Shown here piece after piece: positions 24,424-36,380 of a DNA stretch of 64,000 nt. Origin of the DNA: Aplysia californica (taxonomy: Eukaryota); the NCBI RefSeq assembly GCF_000002075.1, contig NW_004797989.1, positions 88,721-152,720 on the forward strand, in the 5' to 3' direction. The stretch's first letter is position 1. Every line of letters starts with the position of its first letter. The position numbers and the translations under genes were made by a program. Below the pieces are notes generated by a model, which was given only the letters and a program-made list of their open reading frames with translations, was not told the DNA's origin and searched no databases.

Positions 24424-24630
24424 TAGATCTAGATCTAGATCTATGACTATGATATCTCTAGAGAAATCTATCTAGATCTACATTCTAGATCTAGATCTAG
24501 ATCTAGATCTAGATATAGATAGATAAACAGATAGCTATCTAGATCTAGATCTAGATAGAGTGTAGAGTAGAGTATTAGTCCTAGGCCTCTGCCTAGCCTA
24601 TCCTAGATCTAGATTTTTATATCTAGAGTA
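24424..24630. repeat. (TAGATC)n / TAGGCCT array; further arrays at 25236-25352 and 25730-25775
   Basis: Direct observation, starting ~20 nt after the donor. Confidence 0.9.
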
Positions 24631-24810
24631 TAGAGACTTGTCTCTACGTAAGATTGTTAGCCTACTTGTGCAATGATACTGTGAATGTTGCAAGGTAACC
24701 TAATAATTTACTGTTCCCAAAAAAAAACTCTTGCCGACCATGTCTCTGGTCGGTCTACTTTTGATAAGGGCTGGGAGGGAGAGTAGTTCAGTAGAAATGA
24801 AACGAAGTGT

Positions 24811-25078
24811 GAAGTGTATACAGACCCGGTAACCGGGAACAAAGTCACAAAGTATACAGACCCGGTAGGGGAACTCTTTTGTGATTTCGGAGGGTTTCAG
24901 CGCCCAGACCCGGTAGTGTGTGTGTGTGTGAGTTAAAGAGAGAGAGAGAGAGAGAGAGCACGCAGGGGGAAGTGCTAGCAAAATGTATATAATAAATTAA
25001 TATATAATATGACATGTCTGCCAGTTGGCAGGAAGGAACGAAAGACAGAGACAAACAAAGAAAAAAAGAATGCGAGCG

Positions 25079-25111
<33 letters not shown>

Positions 25112-25473
25112 CTGCTCAATTGAAATTTATGACATTGTTCTTTTCTTCAAATTGTGATTCCTCTTGCCTCTAACTCCAAAACAGGGGAAAAACGATCGTT
25201 CATCGAAAAGACATCCGCAATCTTCATTTAGTTTTAGATCAAGAATCTAGATCTACAGTCTAGATCTAGGCTAGGCTAGCCTCGAAACTAGATCAATGAT
25301 TTATAAAAATATCTGTCTGTCTAGATCTAGACCTAGGCCATAGATCTAGAAGAACCTAGTTCTACCCTGAGCCAAGAGGGTGCTGAAAGTTTCCGAAATC
25401 ACAAAAGAGTTCCCCTACCGGGTCTGTATACTTTGTGACTTTATTCCCGGTTACCGGGTCTGTATACACTCCC
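24811..25473. mobile_element. Long-TIR MITE (Mutator-like?)
   Basis: ~90-bp near-perfect inverted ends AGTGTATACAGACCCGGTAACCGGGAA...; possible degenerate 9-bp TSD AAATGAAAC / AAATAAAAT. Confidence 0.8.
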
Positions 25474-25987
25474 AAATAAAATTGTTGACAAAGTGATTGC
25501 AGCTGCAAATGCTGGTTTCCTGCCGCCTCCTAATGAAAGATCAGTTTTTACATTTGTTTTAACTCTTGTCCTTTCATCCGTGCTGAGTTGCGAATCTTAT
25601 CAGCAAATGTCAAATTTGTATGTTATGATGACTTGATATTCTCAGCAAAATGTCATTTGAACTTGAAGATTTTTTCTGGGATTTCTTCCCATACAAATTT
25701 ATAATGGGCTCGCAAGACCAATCATCCGCTATCTAGATCTAGATCTAGATCTAGATTCTAGATCTAGATCTAGTCTTCTTGAACAGAGGAAGTAAAAGTT
25801 GGGAGTCACTTGTGACTCTTGCATTTAGATCTATATGGTGGCTTTTAACCCTAGATCTAGAAGCACTCATCGTTTCACCGGAAGTAACCCCCCCAAGAAT
25901 GCCCCGCCGCCACGGCCGATCGGTTGTGTAGTCATGGGGGTTTGGCGGGGGGGATCAGCTGAGAGACCCGAGATGTAGGCTCTTGGA

Positions 25988-28050
25988 CTCTCTCTCTCTC
26001 TCTCTCTCTTCTGGCGCTGTGGCTTCATAAACGGTCAGCGATGCCAACAGCACGCAGGAACTCAACACTCGCCCGGGGGTCCTTAAAAAGTGCTGAAAGT
26101 GGGTTACTGAAATGTCCCAGCAGGCGGGTTCTAGCACGATAGCTGGCAGGACACCTCAGGAACACGTGGTCCATAGTTTCGTCCTCCTCCTTGCAGGCTC
26201 GACAGGACGGATCTGGGTTGTCTGCTGGCGCAATTTTGTGGAGATATGATCTCAGCTTGGGCGATTTTCCACCAGTTCTCATTTGGGAGAGAAGCCGGCG
26301 GTCCTGTCGTCTGAGCTAGGCCTCAAGCTGGAATGACGGCGGCTGGGCAAACGGCAGTTTGGGTTTCGCCTCTCTTTTCCACTTTGCGCGGGTCGATCGG
26401 TGGATGACGGCTTTAGCTGTCGAGAAATCGATTGGCGTGTCAATCTGGGTAAGCGCTGTTGCTTCTTTGGCGATGCTGTCAACTTCCTCGTTCCCAGCCA
26501 GTCCGGCGTGGCCTGGAATCCACTGTAAGTGGATGGAACATTCAGAGTGTTGACAGAGGGTGTGCAGATGTTGCCAGATTGAGCAGGCCACCTTTTCCGA
26601 TTGGTTGGTAGGGCCGTATGAGAGGCGCATGACTGCTGATCTAGAATCAGTGTATACATGGATGCGTGCACTGTTCGGAAGGCTGCCTGCTGTATGTAGT
26701 GCCACAAGCATGTCAAGCGCTGTGTCGAGAGCTACAAGCTCGGCCCTGTAGCTAGAACAATACCGGCCCGCAGGTACACGTTGGTCGAGTTCGGTATCGC
26801 CGGTCTTGATCAGTATTCCACTTCCTCCATACTCAGTACCGTGCTCAGCTGAACCGTCAGTCCAGACTTCTACATCGGGCAGGGGGAGCGAACGAATTGT
26901 AGCCTCTGCTGCTGCTTTCCTGACAGCTGGTTCATTAGCACGCTTGCAGTCGGCGACAAGATCGGTGCTAAAAGTCACGTTGTATGATGCAGCCTTCCAC
27001 GGTTGTGTGGGGGGGTAAAACAACCAGCTCCTCACGTGGGTACGTATCCAGTTCAGTTTCGGCTACGAGGTTCTGGGCATGCTTTCTCCAGTTCGACTTG
27101 CCTGTCCGCGTGGGCACTGATTTTGTTGCAGAGGCTTTGCGTTGGTTCGTTGTAGGCAGACGCATGGACTTCTCGAATGAGATGGCAGTCAAGGCATCAG
27201 CTCTATGCCTTAGTGGTAAAATGTCTGCTTCGATGAGGAGGCTGTCCACACGAGTATCCTTTGAGCAGCCTGTGATGATTCTTGCTGCTTCATTCTGCTT
27301 TCTTTCCAGTTTCTGCAGATTGGAGGGTTTGGCAAGAGGCATGTAGGCAGGGGCACAATAGTCGATAGCTGACCGACAAGTAGCATAATATATAGGCTTT
27401 ATGCATTCCCTGGAGGCACCCCAGGTGGTGCCTGTAAGGGCTTTCAATGGTCGAAGTCTGCTTGACAGTTTTAACTCAAGGTTTTGGATGTGGGCGTTGG
27501 AGGATAGAGTACGATCAAGTGTAACCCCAAGTAAGGTGGGGTTGGAGTTGAAGGTGATGGGGGAGCCTTTGAGTGAGAGTGCTGGTTTTCGCTTGGCCTC
27601 GTGGGTGCTGGTGGTGAAGAGGGTGCACTCTGTTTTCTCAGTACTGATTTCCATCTTGTTTTGCTTTGCCCACTGCTCAAGTAAGTTTATGGCTGCTTGG
27701 ACACTGTTTTCAGCCTGATTTATGTCTTCGTTGGTGGCGTATATTGTATAGTCATCAGCATAGAGTCCCGTCTTCACGGTTTCAGGCAGGCCTGCTTCAA
27801 TATCATCGATGAAGACAAGGAACAGTGTGGGGGACAGGACACTGCCCTGGGGGACTCCCTGCTCGAAACGGCGAAGCCTGCTTGTTGCGTTGCCGTGCTC
27901 GACGCAGGCGTATCTGTCTCTGAGGAATGAACCTATCCATTGGGTGATGCGGCTGGGAGTAGATTTCTCAATCATCTTCTCCATTAACCTCGTGCGCCAT
28001 ACCTTGTCGAAGGCACGCGAGAAGTCCACGAGGGCCAGCACAGTTCGTTT
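25988..28050 (-). mobile_element. 5'-truncated, dead non-LTR retrotransposon of the I group (Ingi-like): RT + RNase H + CCHC
   Basis: RT motifs AFDKV, GVPQGSVLSPTLF and YADD; RNase H motifs WTDGS, AEL, YTDSRS and QWIPGHAG; C-terminal CxxC...ETxxH...C. One frameshift near 27010 and an in-frame TAG at 26316. (AG)n tail. Antisense in the putative ZF2 intron. Confidence 0.9.
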
Positions 28051-28059
28051 CAATTTGGG

Positions 28060-28520
28060 ACAATATATTTTTTAAAAAGGTTGGAACAACATCAAATTAA
28101 ATTACATTTCGATGAACAAAAATATATTTTTTTAACATCACATCAGAACGATAACAAAACAAATTAACACACCAACAAATTAAAACACAACAAAGAGGGA
28201 AAAGTAAAAGAGAAACAGCAATATATAAAGTATATTTAATGTACGTATGTTCTTCACATGAAAATAACAAATCAACATGGTGTCTACTAAGTGACAAAGA
28301 GACGAAGTGAAGCGGGATTGAAAATACTTTCGTTCTAAAAGTAAAGAGGTTCGGTTCCCTTTTTTTCCCCGATGATTATTCCCCTGGCTTTTTTTCTCCC
28401 TTTTATTCCCCGGTGGTGGTTTTTTTGTTTGTTTTTTGGTGAAAAATGCAAAAAAATGCAGCCGCGATTCGCGGACCAAAAAATGCCAAAAATCGCAGCC
28501 ACAGTAAACGCAGATGCTAG
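28060..28520 (-). mobile_element. Truncated copy of the CTAGCATCTGCG element abutting the LINE 5' end
   Basis: Reverse homology to 5347-5620 and ~7360-7400; ends AAACGCAGATGCTAG. Confidence 0.75.
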
Positions 28521-28821
28521 ATATTATGATAGGTTGTTGGTATGCTGTGACAGTGAAGAGCCCAGCTGTGTAAATGAAATTTAATGTGGAAAGCAAAAAA
28601 GTGCTTGTCAGTATAAAAAAAGCATAAAGGATTAAACAACAAGCATAAAAAAAGTTATCTCTGAAAATCGAAACGGGACACGCTTTGTTCTTGCCCGGAA
28701 GGAGGCTTCTGCAATTGGTTGATCAATGTATGAAGAATCTTACATGAGTACATGTTGAAGTATGTGTCTAGAAATGATTAAAGAAGTTTTAGAATACACC
28801 AATTTGCAGCACAATGTAATA

Positions 28822-29752
28822 CAGTAGTCTCCGCCTAAGATCCCAGTGCTTAGGAGCACGGAAATGCAGGATCTTAGGCGACGATCCCAGGGAAGAATCT
28901 ATGGTGACTCATGTTAAGGCTCACAATCGGTAAAATGGTCTCCCTCCACTCTAAAATGAATTGACGTGACCGCTTCGTGGGTTTATGACGTCTGGCGAGC
29001 AAAGAGTGGTTAACCTTGATGACCTATCACAGTGCATAGTGGCATGAGGCGTGCCATTTTCACTTATTATCCTATCATGAGTCTCAGGATCTACTTTTAT
29101 CCAGTTGCCCCTCCACTTTACCTGTTGAAAATTTAGAGCTTTCCATCTGTGACCGAGTCCCCCCACCCCACCACCTTTGTCGTTACACACCATTACGTTG
29201 TGAACGCACCAATTAAAATTCCGTCTTGTCTCGCAAATTGGGGAGTAGAGAAAACTGCTGCAATGGTCAGGGAAGAGTCCACAGTTTGATGTGATCCCGC
29301 CTGGAGCGAACGTGAAGGCCCTACCCACCCAGCGAGTGATGTAAGTTCAGGGGGAAAGCTCAGGTGTGAGTGCGATGCGTGGGGAAAACAAACGTGTCGG
29401 TCAATTCACACCCCGATGTGATCCCGTCTGGGGCAAACATTGTATGTATCGCTTCAAACAGTTTTACAATGTGTATGTGGTCACATTCACGATAGTGGCT
29501 GATCTTTGACGCGACCAACAGTTTATTGATCTCAACTTTTCACTCTTGGTTGATTGGCTGTGCTCGCCCGGGTTTTTGTTCCGCAAATTATGATCTGCAA
29601 CGCGGGATCTTAGCCGAATGCAGACCTTCAGAGTGAATCAGAGCGGGATCTTAGGGGTGACTTTTGTATAGTAAAAATTATGTTTTCTTAAAACAGGAGG
29701 ATCTTAAGTGAACCGGGATCGTAAGCGATGGGATCTTAGGCGGAGACTACTG
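28822..29752. mobile_element. Tc1/mariner (pogo/Tigger-like) MITE
   Basis: Perfect TIR CAGTAGTCTCCGCCTAAGATCCC with TA TSD; internal GGGATCTTA repeats. Confidence 0.88.
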
Positions 29753-29923
29753 TACTCTGCAAAAAGTATTTTGCATCACTGTTTGAGAATGTGTATAATT
29801 CGTAAATACCTGATCATTTGATGTGTTCAGTGACAACATTTTTTATTTCCCCTCTGTCTTTTTCAGATCATATGGATGATTGGTAGCTGCAGGTGACCTG
29901 AGCAGACCAATCAGATCTTCCAA

Positions 29924-32371
29924 ATGGATCAGCCTGGGATTTCATTGACTGATATGGCAAGTGCCATGGTATCTGACACTTTAGCATTAGAGCCCATTGA
30001 TAAGGGTGAGGCAGGACAGAGTCCCCAGACAGCTGCTGCTAAAGTTCCTGTAAAGAAACCAGCAAAGAAGATGAGAAATTACTTGTGTGAGGTTTGCAGT
30101 TATCAGGCTCGGTCTAATTACTCCCTGAAAGAACACATGAAGTCTCACTCAGATACTAAGCCTTACTCTTGCTCTCAGTGTAATTATTCCTGCAACAGAG
30201 AAAGAAATTTAAGAATTCATGAGTTTACCCATTTGGAGAAGAAACCATTAAATTGCACTCTTTGTGACTACACCTGCATTCAGAATTTCCAGCTGAAAGC
30301 TCACATGTTGCTTCATGAATCAGAAACTCCCTTTGTCTGTAACCTTTGTGGTGCTACTTACAAGAAGGAGGCTGGCCTCAAGACTCATATGCTGAAGCAT
30401 TCAAACATTCATAAATTTAAGTGCAAACATTGTTCTTACATGACAAATCGCTATGCTGACTACAGGAGACATGTTCTCATTCATTCAACAGCCAAACCTG
30501 TGAAATGCCCCTTTTGTAACTACTCTTGCATTCGCGAGTCCAGACTTCGTGCCCATATGTTGATTCACAGAGGCAAAGATGCCAACTTGAACACAGACCC
30601 TGTTTTAGCCAACTTGGAACAGCAGCTACTGCACTGTGAAGTCTGTGACTATGTGTGCACTGTGCCTTCACGCCTCAAGAAGCACATGAAGTCCCACACT
30701 GGGATTGGCCCTTACACCTGCGACGTGTGCAACTACTCCTGTGCTAAGGCAGCTGCTCTGAAGGCTCACAAGCTGAAACACAAAAGATCGGACCGCATCA
30801 ATCAGACGGGTCTGTACAATGGTTCGAATACTGCAGAAAAGACGGAAATGATGGACGTGACCACAGCTGAGGGTCACATCAATGCAGCACCCTTAGCCCC
30901 AATGATGAATAACACGATGCACATTACTAATGCTGTTCAAATTGCAAACCCTGTACAAATAGCCGATCATACTCAGATAACGGAAACTGTTCACATCACT
31001 AATCCCATGCAGATACCGGAACACATACAAATAGGTGATCCTGGTCAGGTCACTACCTCAATGCAGATTGCCAACCCAGTTCAGATGGACACTGTTGCTG
31101 CTATGGCTGGCCACTCTCAGATGGAAAACCAGCCTCAGCTGACCACGGAAATCACCACGGTGGACAGCATCAACCAGGCTGTCATGTATGCTTCAGCTGG
31201 TGCCAACGTGAATGCCACTGTCATTGTGACAGGGCCTGCGCAACAGTGGGAGACAGCTGAGACTGACTGGGTTGCTGAGACTTTTGATGGCGATTATAAT
31301 CAGTTTGCTCCATTTGATCAGTCGGTGATCACCACTGTGACGCCTGCTAAGGGCAGTTTTCTAGACTCCCTGCTTGCAGCTGTGAAACAGGAACCTCAGG
31401 AACCCCCTCCACCACCAAAACCTCCAAGGAACCATTCCACCTCCAAGATGTTCCACTGTGACGAGTGCGACTTCTCCTGTGACTACCGCTCCACTTTCAA
31501 CAAGCATAAGAAAAAGCACTTGAAAGTGAAAAACTACAAGTGTGCCCATTGCGAATACATGTGCAATGAGCTGAGCCGCATGAAGGACCATCTCCTGATT
31601 CACACCAATGAGAAACAGTTTGCCTGTGAACTCTGTGATTACACCTGCAAGAGGAAATCGGCTCTGAAGATTCACATGAAAACTCATGAGACTGGAGACG
31701 GAAACCTTCACCGATGTACGGAGTGCAATTTCTCCTGTAAGAGCGCTCCTGGGCTGAAGTCTCATATGATGAAGCATCTGGGCACCAAACCCTATCAATG
31801 TGACATCTGTGGTCTGGCTGTGGAATCCACCTACAAGCTGAAGAAGCATAAATTCACGCATGGCTTGAAGCCATTCCAGTGTGAGTACTGTGACTACACC
31901 TGTGTGCAGCAACAGCAGATGAAAATTCATGTGCTGCAGCACACATATGATTATCCGTTCTGTTGCACTATGTGTGATGCAAAGTACAAGAAGGAGGACA
32001 GCCTGAAGGTCCACATTATGTCAAACCACCAGAACATCAACAAGTTCACTTGTGATCTGTGCAACTATGCTGGCAACCGTGCTGCTGATTTCCGAGAACA
32101 TTTGCTCACTCACTCTGAGAAAAAGCCCCACCAGTGTCCTCATTGTTCATATTCATGCATCCGGCCCTCTGGTCTAAAAAAGCATATGCAGATTCATTTG
32201 AAGGGGAAGGATGTGAAGCCACTGAAAAAGAAATTTTATCGCTGTGCATTTTGTGATTTCAAGTGCACACGCACAGGACGCTTAAAAGCACATTTATCTA
32301 AAATTCATCTTGATCTTCCCGAGAATATGACATTTAGCATTGATATGTCCCAGTTACAGACCACTGCGTAA
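29924..32371 (+). CDS. C2H2 zinc-finger protein, 815 aa, 18 fingers (8+10), paralogue of 8707-11415
   Basis: Uninterrupted ORF with finger-by-finger similarity to ZF1; shared C-terminus CAFC...RLKAHLSKxHLDLPxNxxFSID. Confidence 0.93.
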   Translation: MDQPGISLTDMASAMVSDTLALEPIDKGEAGQSPQTAAAKVPVKKPAKKMRNYLCEVCSYQARSNYSLKEHMKSHSDTKPYSCSQCNYSCNRERNLRIHEFTHLEKKPLNCTLCDYTCIQNFQLKAHMLLHESETPFVCNLCGATYKKEAGLKTHMLKHSNIHKFKCKHCSYMTNRYADYRRHVLIHSTAKPVKCPFCNYSCIRESRLRAHMLIHRGKDANLNTDPVLANLEQQLLHCEVCDYVCTVPSRLKKHMKSHTGIGPYTCDVCNYSCAKAAALKAHKLKHKRSDRINQTGLYNGSNTAEKTEMMDVTTAEGHINAAPLAPMMNNTMHITNAVQIANPVQIADHTQITETVHITNPMQIPEHIQIGDPGQVTTSMQIANPVQMDTVAAMAGHSQMENQPQLTTEITTVDSINQAVMYASAGANVNATVIVTGPAQQWETAETDWVAETFDGDYNQFAPFDQSVITTVTPAKGSFLDSLLAAVKQEPQEPPPPPKPPRNHSTSKMFHCDECDFSCDYRSTFNKHKKKHLKVKNYKCAHCEYMCNELSRMKDHLLIHTNEKQFACELCDYTCKRKSALKIHMKTHETGDGNLHRCTECNFSCKSAPGLKSHMMKHLGTKPYQCDICGLAVESTYKLKKHKFTHGLKPFQCEYCDYTCVQQQQMKIHVLQHTYDYPFCCTMCDAKYKKEDSLKVHIMSNHQNINKFTCDLCNYAGNRAADFREHLLTHSEKKPHQCPHCSYSCIRPSGLKKHMQIHLKGKDVKPLKKKFYRCAFCDFKCTRTGRLKAHLSKIHLDLPENMTFSIDMSQLQTTA

Positions 32372-34100
32372 TACAGAAAATGAAAGTTTGGTTGTTTACC
32401 TTTGATATTGTTGTATCATGTTCTAAGTACCTGAGGGAATCAGTAGCATACAAACTTTATAATTGGCTTTACAGGTGCAATGAGTTTGATAGGTTTTATT
32501 TTTTAAAGGCTCTGAACAGGTCACAACAGGCTGAATGCACACATTCTGTATAGTAACAAGAAGGCTTTTAGACATTGTCTGGTCAGAGACTTATCCTTTC
32601 AACTCAACACTGCGTCCATTACCCCACACCTGTTTGAGGAATGCCCAATACAAGACAGGCTCGCTCAGAGGAGCCAAATGCCCATGACAAGTCATTGATA
32701 TTTTGAGGCTGTTCAACGGGCAGCTGCATTTTTGTTGTGGTATCCGGCATTATCAAATGAAGGGCGAGGAAGAGCTGCAGTTAAAACTGTCCATAATGAT
32801 GACTCAAGATCACAGAGATGAGTGACCTCTGTAGGCAGGTGGCCTCTGTGGAGAGGGTCTGAGTTATAGTCACTTATTGGACTTGACAAAGTCAATCTGA
32901 AGTCTTTATTTTACTTTTCTTTTCCACCCCCATCAAAGTTGTTAGAACAGATAGGCCTGTATAGTTTCTTTGCACTGTACATAGATGCTTAGTGACAATT
33001 AAAAAGTACATTTTGAGGCCGACTTGTCATGAAAATGTCCGACTGTAAAAGCATTGGACAGCAACTGCTATGTACAGGTTAAAAAAATAAGAAAAGCGTA
33101 AAGATGTCACAGAGCAATGGCTGTAAGGAAAGGTGACGGCTATAGAGAGGTTTCACATAGGCAGAGGTATTCATCATGAATGTAATTGATCCTGTGAATT
33201 GACTTGACATTTCAGTTTATTTTTTTGTTTGTTTAATTTTTCAAAATGAGATTGTCACTTGTCCCCATTTCACTCACCTTTTATGTTGCTCTCCTGTTAC
33301 TTTTGTAAGAGTGTCACAAACAGTATTTAATTTATTTGGTTGGTAAACAAATCTCTTCATATGATATCAAATATCAGGCCAGTTGTTATAGGGTTTCACA
33401 TACCAACATACAATTCATCGTATTCATCTGTTTATACAGTGCCTACCTGTCTGCCAGCCAGTCAGTATGTTTGAATGTTTGTCCTTTTTTTTTTGTTTTT
33501 TTGGTGCAAACTTTGTCATTGTATCCTTTTTTCTTTCAAATAGTGGTACCTTGCATCTCATTGATCTGGCATTAAAAGCTAAAACTCATCAATATCACTA
33601 GATCTGTGCGTAAGAAATTCCCCCGCATTTTTATTTATAAAAAAATGAAGGTTCCACCAGAGGACAGGATAGGGGGGCTCACCACATGATGACTCACTGG
33701 AGCAGTGAAAGTTAGATCTGACATTATTAAATAAAATAATAATGAATCATTATCCTCTGCAAATAGTCCCTTGAACTCCCTTTCTCAACTGTCGACTTGC
33801 CCGCTTCAAATCTTCACACAAAAAAACAACTGAAACTAATTGGAAACTTAAGATAGACTTGAGCAGCTAACAACATCTGCGTCACTCTGTTTTGCTAATC
33901 AGATGGTGTTGTTTTTAGCAGAACGGGTACAGGATTGATAAAAAGTAAGCTTAGAATTTTTTTATTTTTTTTTCCTGATGAAGTATGCACCTAGTATTTT
34001 CAAATGCCACATTGTAGCTTCAAATGTACAATAGGCAGCTTTTCATTATGACCTTGTGTGCATGCAGTTTTAAATTTCAAATATAACATTGGTTTAAAGA

Positions 34101-34625
34101 GGGGGTCTCGTGGCCTAGAGATTAAGGTGTTGGCCTCTCATTCAATTTAATTCAAAGGTCCCGGGTTCGAATCCGGGTAGCGACCGAAAAATTTTCTTCT
34201 CTAAAATTGTCTCCTTTCACTTTCACCTCCTATCCTGCTCTCTAGCAATGTTCTGTCGTCTGCTTTCGTCTCCTCTTTCTGCCTTCACCCCTCACCTCCT
34301 TTGCCCACTCCTCTGGGCTCTTGACTCTTTCTGCAGCCTTTCTACTGGTCTGCTACTCCTTCTTACTGCTGTCTTTCAGCCACACCCCTGATCTTCTGGT
34401 AGGAAAGATCTCCCTATCCTTCTCGGACAGGGGCGAAAAATCTCGGAGGGCCTGTGTGCAAGTTGCACTCATGATTAAAGATCCCTTGATGGTCTAAAAC
34501 CAATAGGAGTAGGAGTCGGCTTCGGCCGCCATCTGGACAAAATCCAAAATTTCCTACCAACTGAAAAAGTGTGTCCCACATACTCATATACTTTATGCAG
34601 TTGCGAACACCGTAAAACACTTTAC
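34101..34625 (+). mobile_element. tRNA-derived (Glu-like) Nin/Deu-type SINE, full length
   Basis: A box TGGCCTAGAG, B box GTTCGAATCC, Deu/Nin-like block ATTAAAGATCCC...GAGTAGG, shared tail TATGCAGTTGCGAACACCGTAAAACAC. Confidence 0.85.
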
Positions 34626-35796
34626 CCCCCCCCCCCCCCCCCCCCAAACAAACAAAACAACAACATAATATTGTTAATTTTATGTTCAAATATTGCATTG
34701 CAACTTCAAATATTCTCATCAGTCTTGTTAGTCGCTTCTTTGAGGACGCCATATTTATTGATGTTTACTTTGAGAGACAAACAAAAGCGTATTTAGATCC
34801 AGACCCTTAAAAAATTGCCAAAGTTCCAGCCCAATATTGAGAAATTAGTTCAGAAGACAAGGAATGTCTTTATGAATCACATATGAGAGAGTTGGAGATT
34901 TCATGGAGCTTGCACACTCCGTCTGAGCTGTGCTAAGATGGAGGTTGGCTTCAGTGGCATGCAGGTCTATGGTCTATTTGCCTGCATGGTTTGCAAGGGA
35001 AGATATTTTCATGTAAATTTCCAGAGTACTAAACTTTTGTTTGTATATGACAGTCGGCCTTTCTCCAGCTTTGCTTCTCACTCTGCTCTCACTTCTGGTT
35101 TCATCTTTAATCTCATTATAAATTATGTTTAGGCTTCGTAACTTATATCTGACACTCGCTTGACTTGCCAGATTGTTTATGAATGGAAGCAAAGCTTTAC
35201 CCATATTATGATACGACTTAGCCACCCATATATATTTTTTCTTCTCCTTTGAGTAACCATGTGCTGTGTGCAGTACTCAGTGAATATTTTTTGGTCTTCT
35301 TCACCATTTTTAACTTATGAGATCTTTCTTTTTTCTGTAAACTTGAAGCTTATTTTTATTTCTCCTTCATTGAGTTTCCTTTTTTTTTTTTTTTTTCACA
35401 TTAGCCACAATGTTTCGGTAAATCTGGTTCATGGCTCTGTTGTGTGGTCATTTTAATGAAGAGCTTTCTTAACCTCATGTGAGAAGAATTTATGTGGTTG
35501 GGGGGGGGGAGATAGAAGAAATAATGCGCCGTTCCAAATTAAAGTATTGGGTAAAAATGATCAATTTTGGGTCTCAGGTAAAAAAAAAAAGAAGAAAAAT
35601 GTTCGCAAACTGAGGTTTAAATCTTTTTTTCAGTTTTCAGTCAAAGTTTAAAATGTTTTCTCAAAACTTGTCTTTCATTTGTTAGATAATTTTCTTGCTT
35701 ACCCTCTCCCCCTGCTATGCAAGATGTTCACTCACCACCCTGTCCACTTTTCAGGTAGCATTAACAGTAGACTAGAACTGAAATATATTCGCCAGA

Positions 35797-36380
35797 GAAT
35801 AATAATGGCTGCATTTATATATGGCGCACATCAAAGTTCTACAGCATGCTCTATTTGCTTTACAAATGTACAACCATTACTACCCCTGCAGACCCTAGAA
35901 ACCCCCCCGCGACGGTGCCACTGACTGAAGTGTCTTTAGGCCATTCCCAAAGGGGGGACATTTCTCGTTCATGCACAGTAGAATTGTAAATGGGCTGATT
36001 CATCGTCATCAAGTCATGCTCATAACTGCCTGATCTGCAACAGGGAACTGCTGCTTTTCCTTTCCTAATCCTTACTATTGTCATTTTTCCTCTACTTCTT
36101 TTGTATGTCTGTCACACTCTTGTGACCCACTATTTCCGGGGTGCCTTAATAGTTGAAGCAGACTTTGTGCTGTTGAAGCTAGAGAGCTGAGCAGAGTAAG
36201 TCTGATTCCCTGAAAGGACTTCTCTGTTAACATCCACCCCTCGCCTCTCATATGACCTTTATGCAGTTGCGAGCGCCGTAAAACCTCTATTAAAACTAAA
36301 CTAAGACCCTAGAACACTCAGAAACGTTCTTGGCTTCCTAGGAAGCATGCAGTGAGGTTTAGCGGAGCGGGCAAACATTT
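35797..36380 (-). mobile_element. 3' part of a CORE-type SINE, split by a family C insertion
   Basis: 35797-35900 and 36304-36380 join into a homologue of 17556-17730. Confidence 0.7.
35901..36303 (+). mobile_element. Headless retroposon family C, full length, 11-bp TSD
   Basis: AGACCCTAGAA at 35890-35900 and 36304-36314; (ACTAA)n tail. Confidence 0.9.

Noticed and set aside
31025-31045. IQIG as a bona fide RHIM motif
   Set aside because: Lacks the downstream N-x-hydrophobic residues and is simply one unit of the hexapeptide repeat.
34101-34185. tRNA genes at SINE heads (also ~17840-17912, ~39680-39750, ~59270-59345)
   Set aside because: Broken cloverleaf pairing and continuous with SINE bodies and tails.
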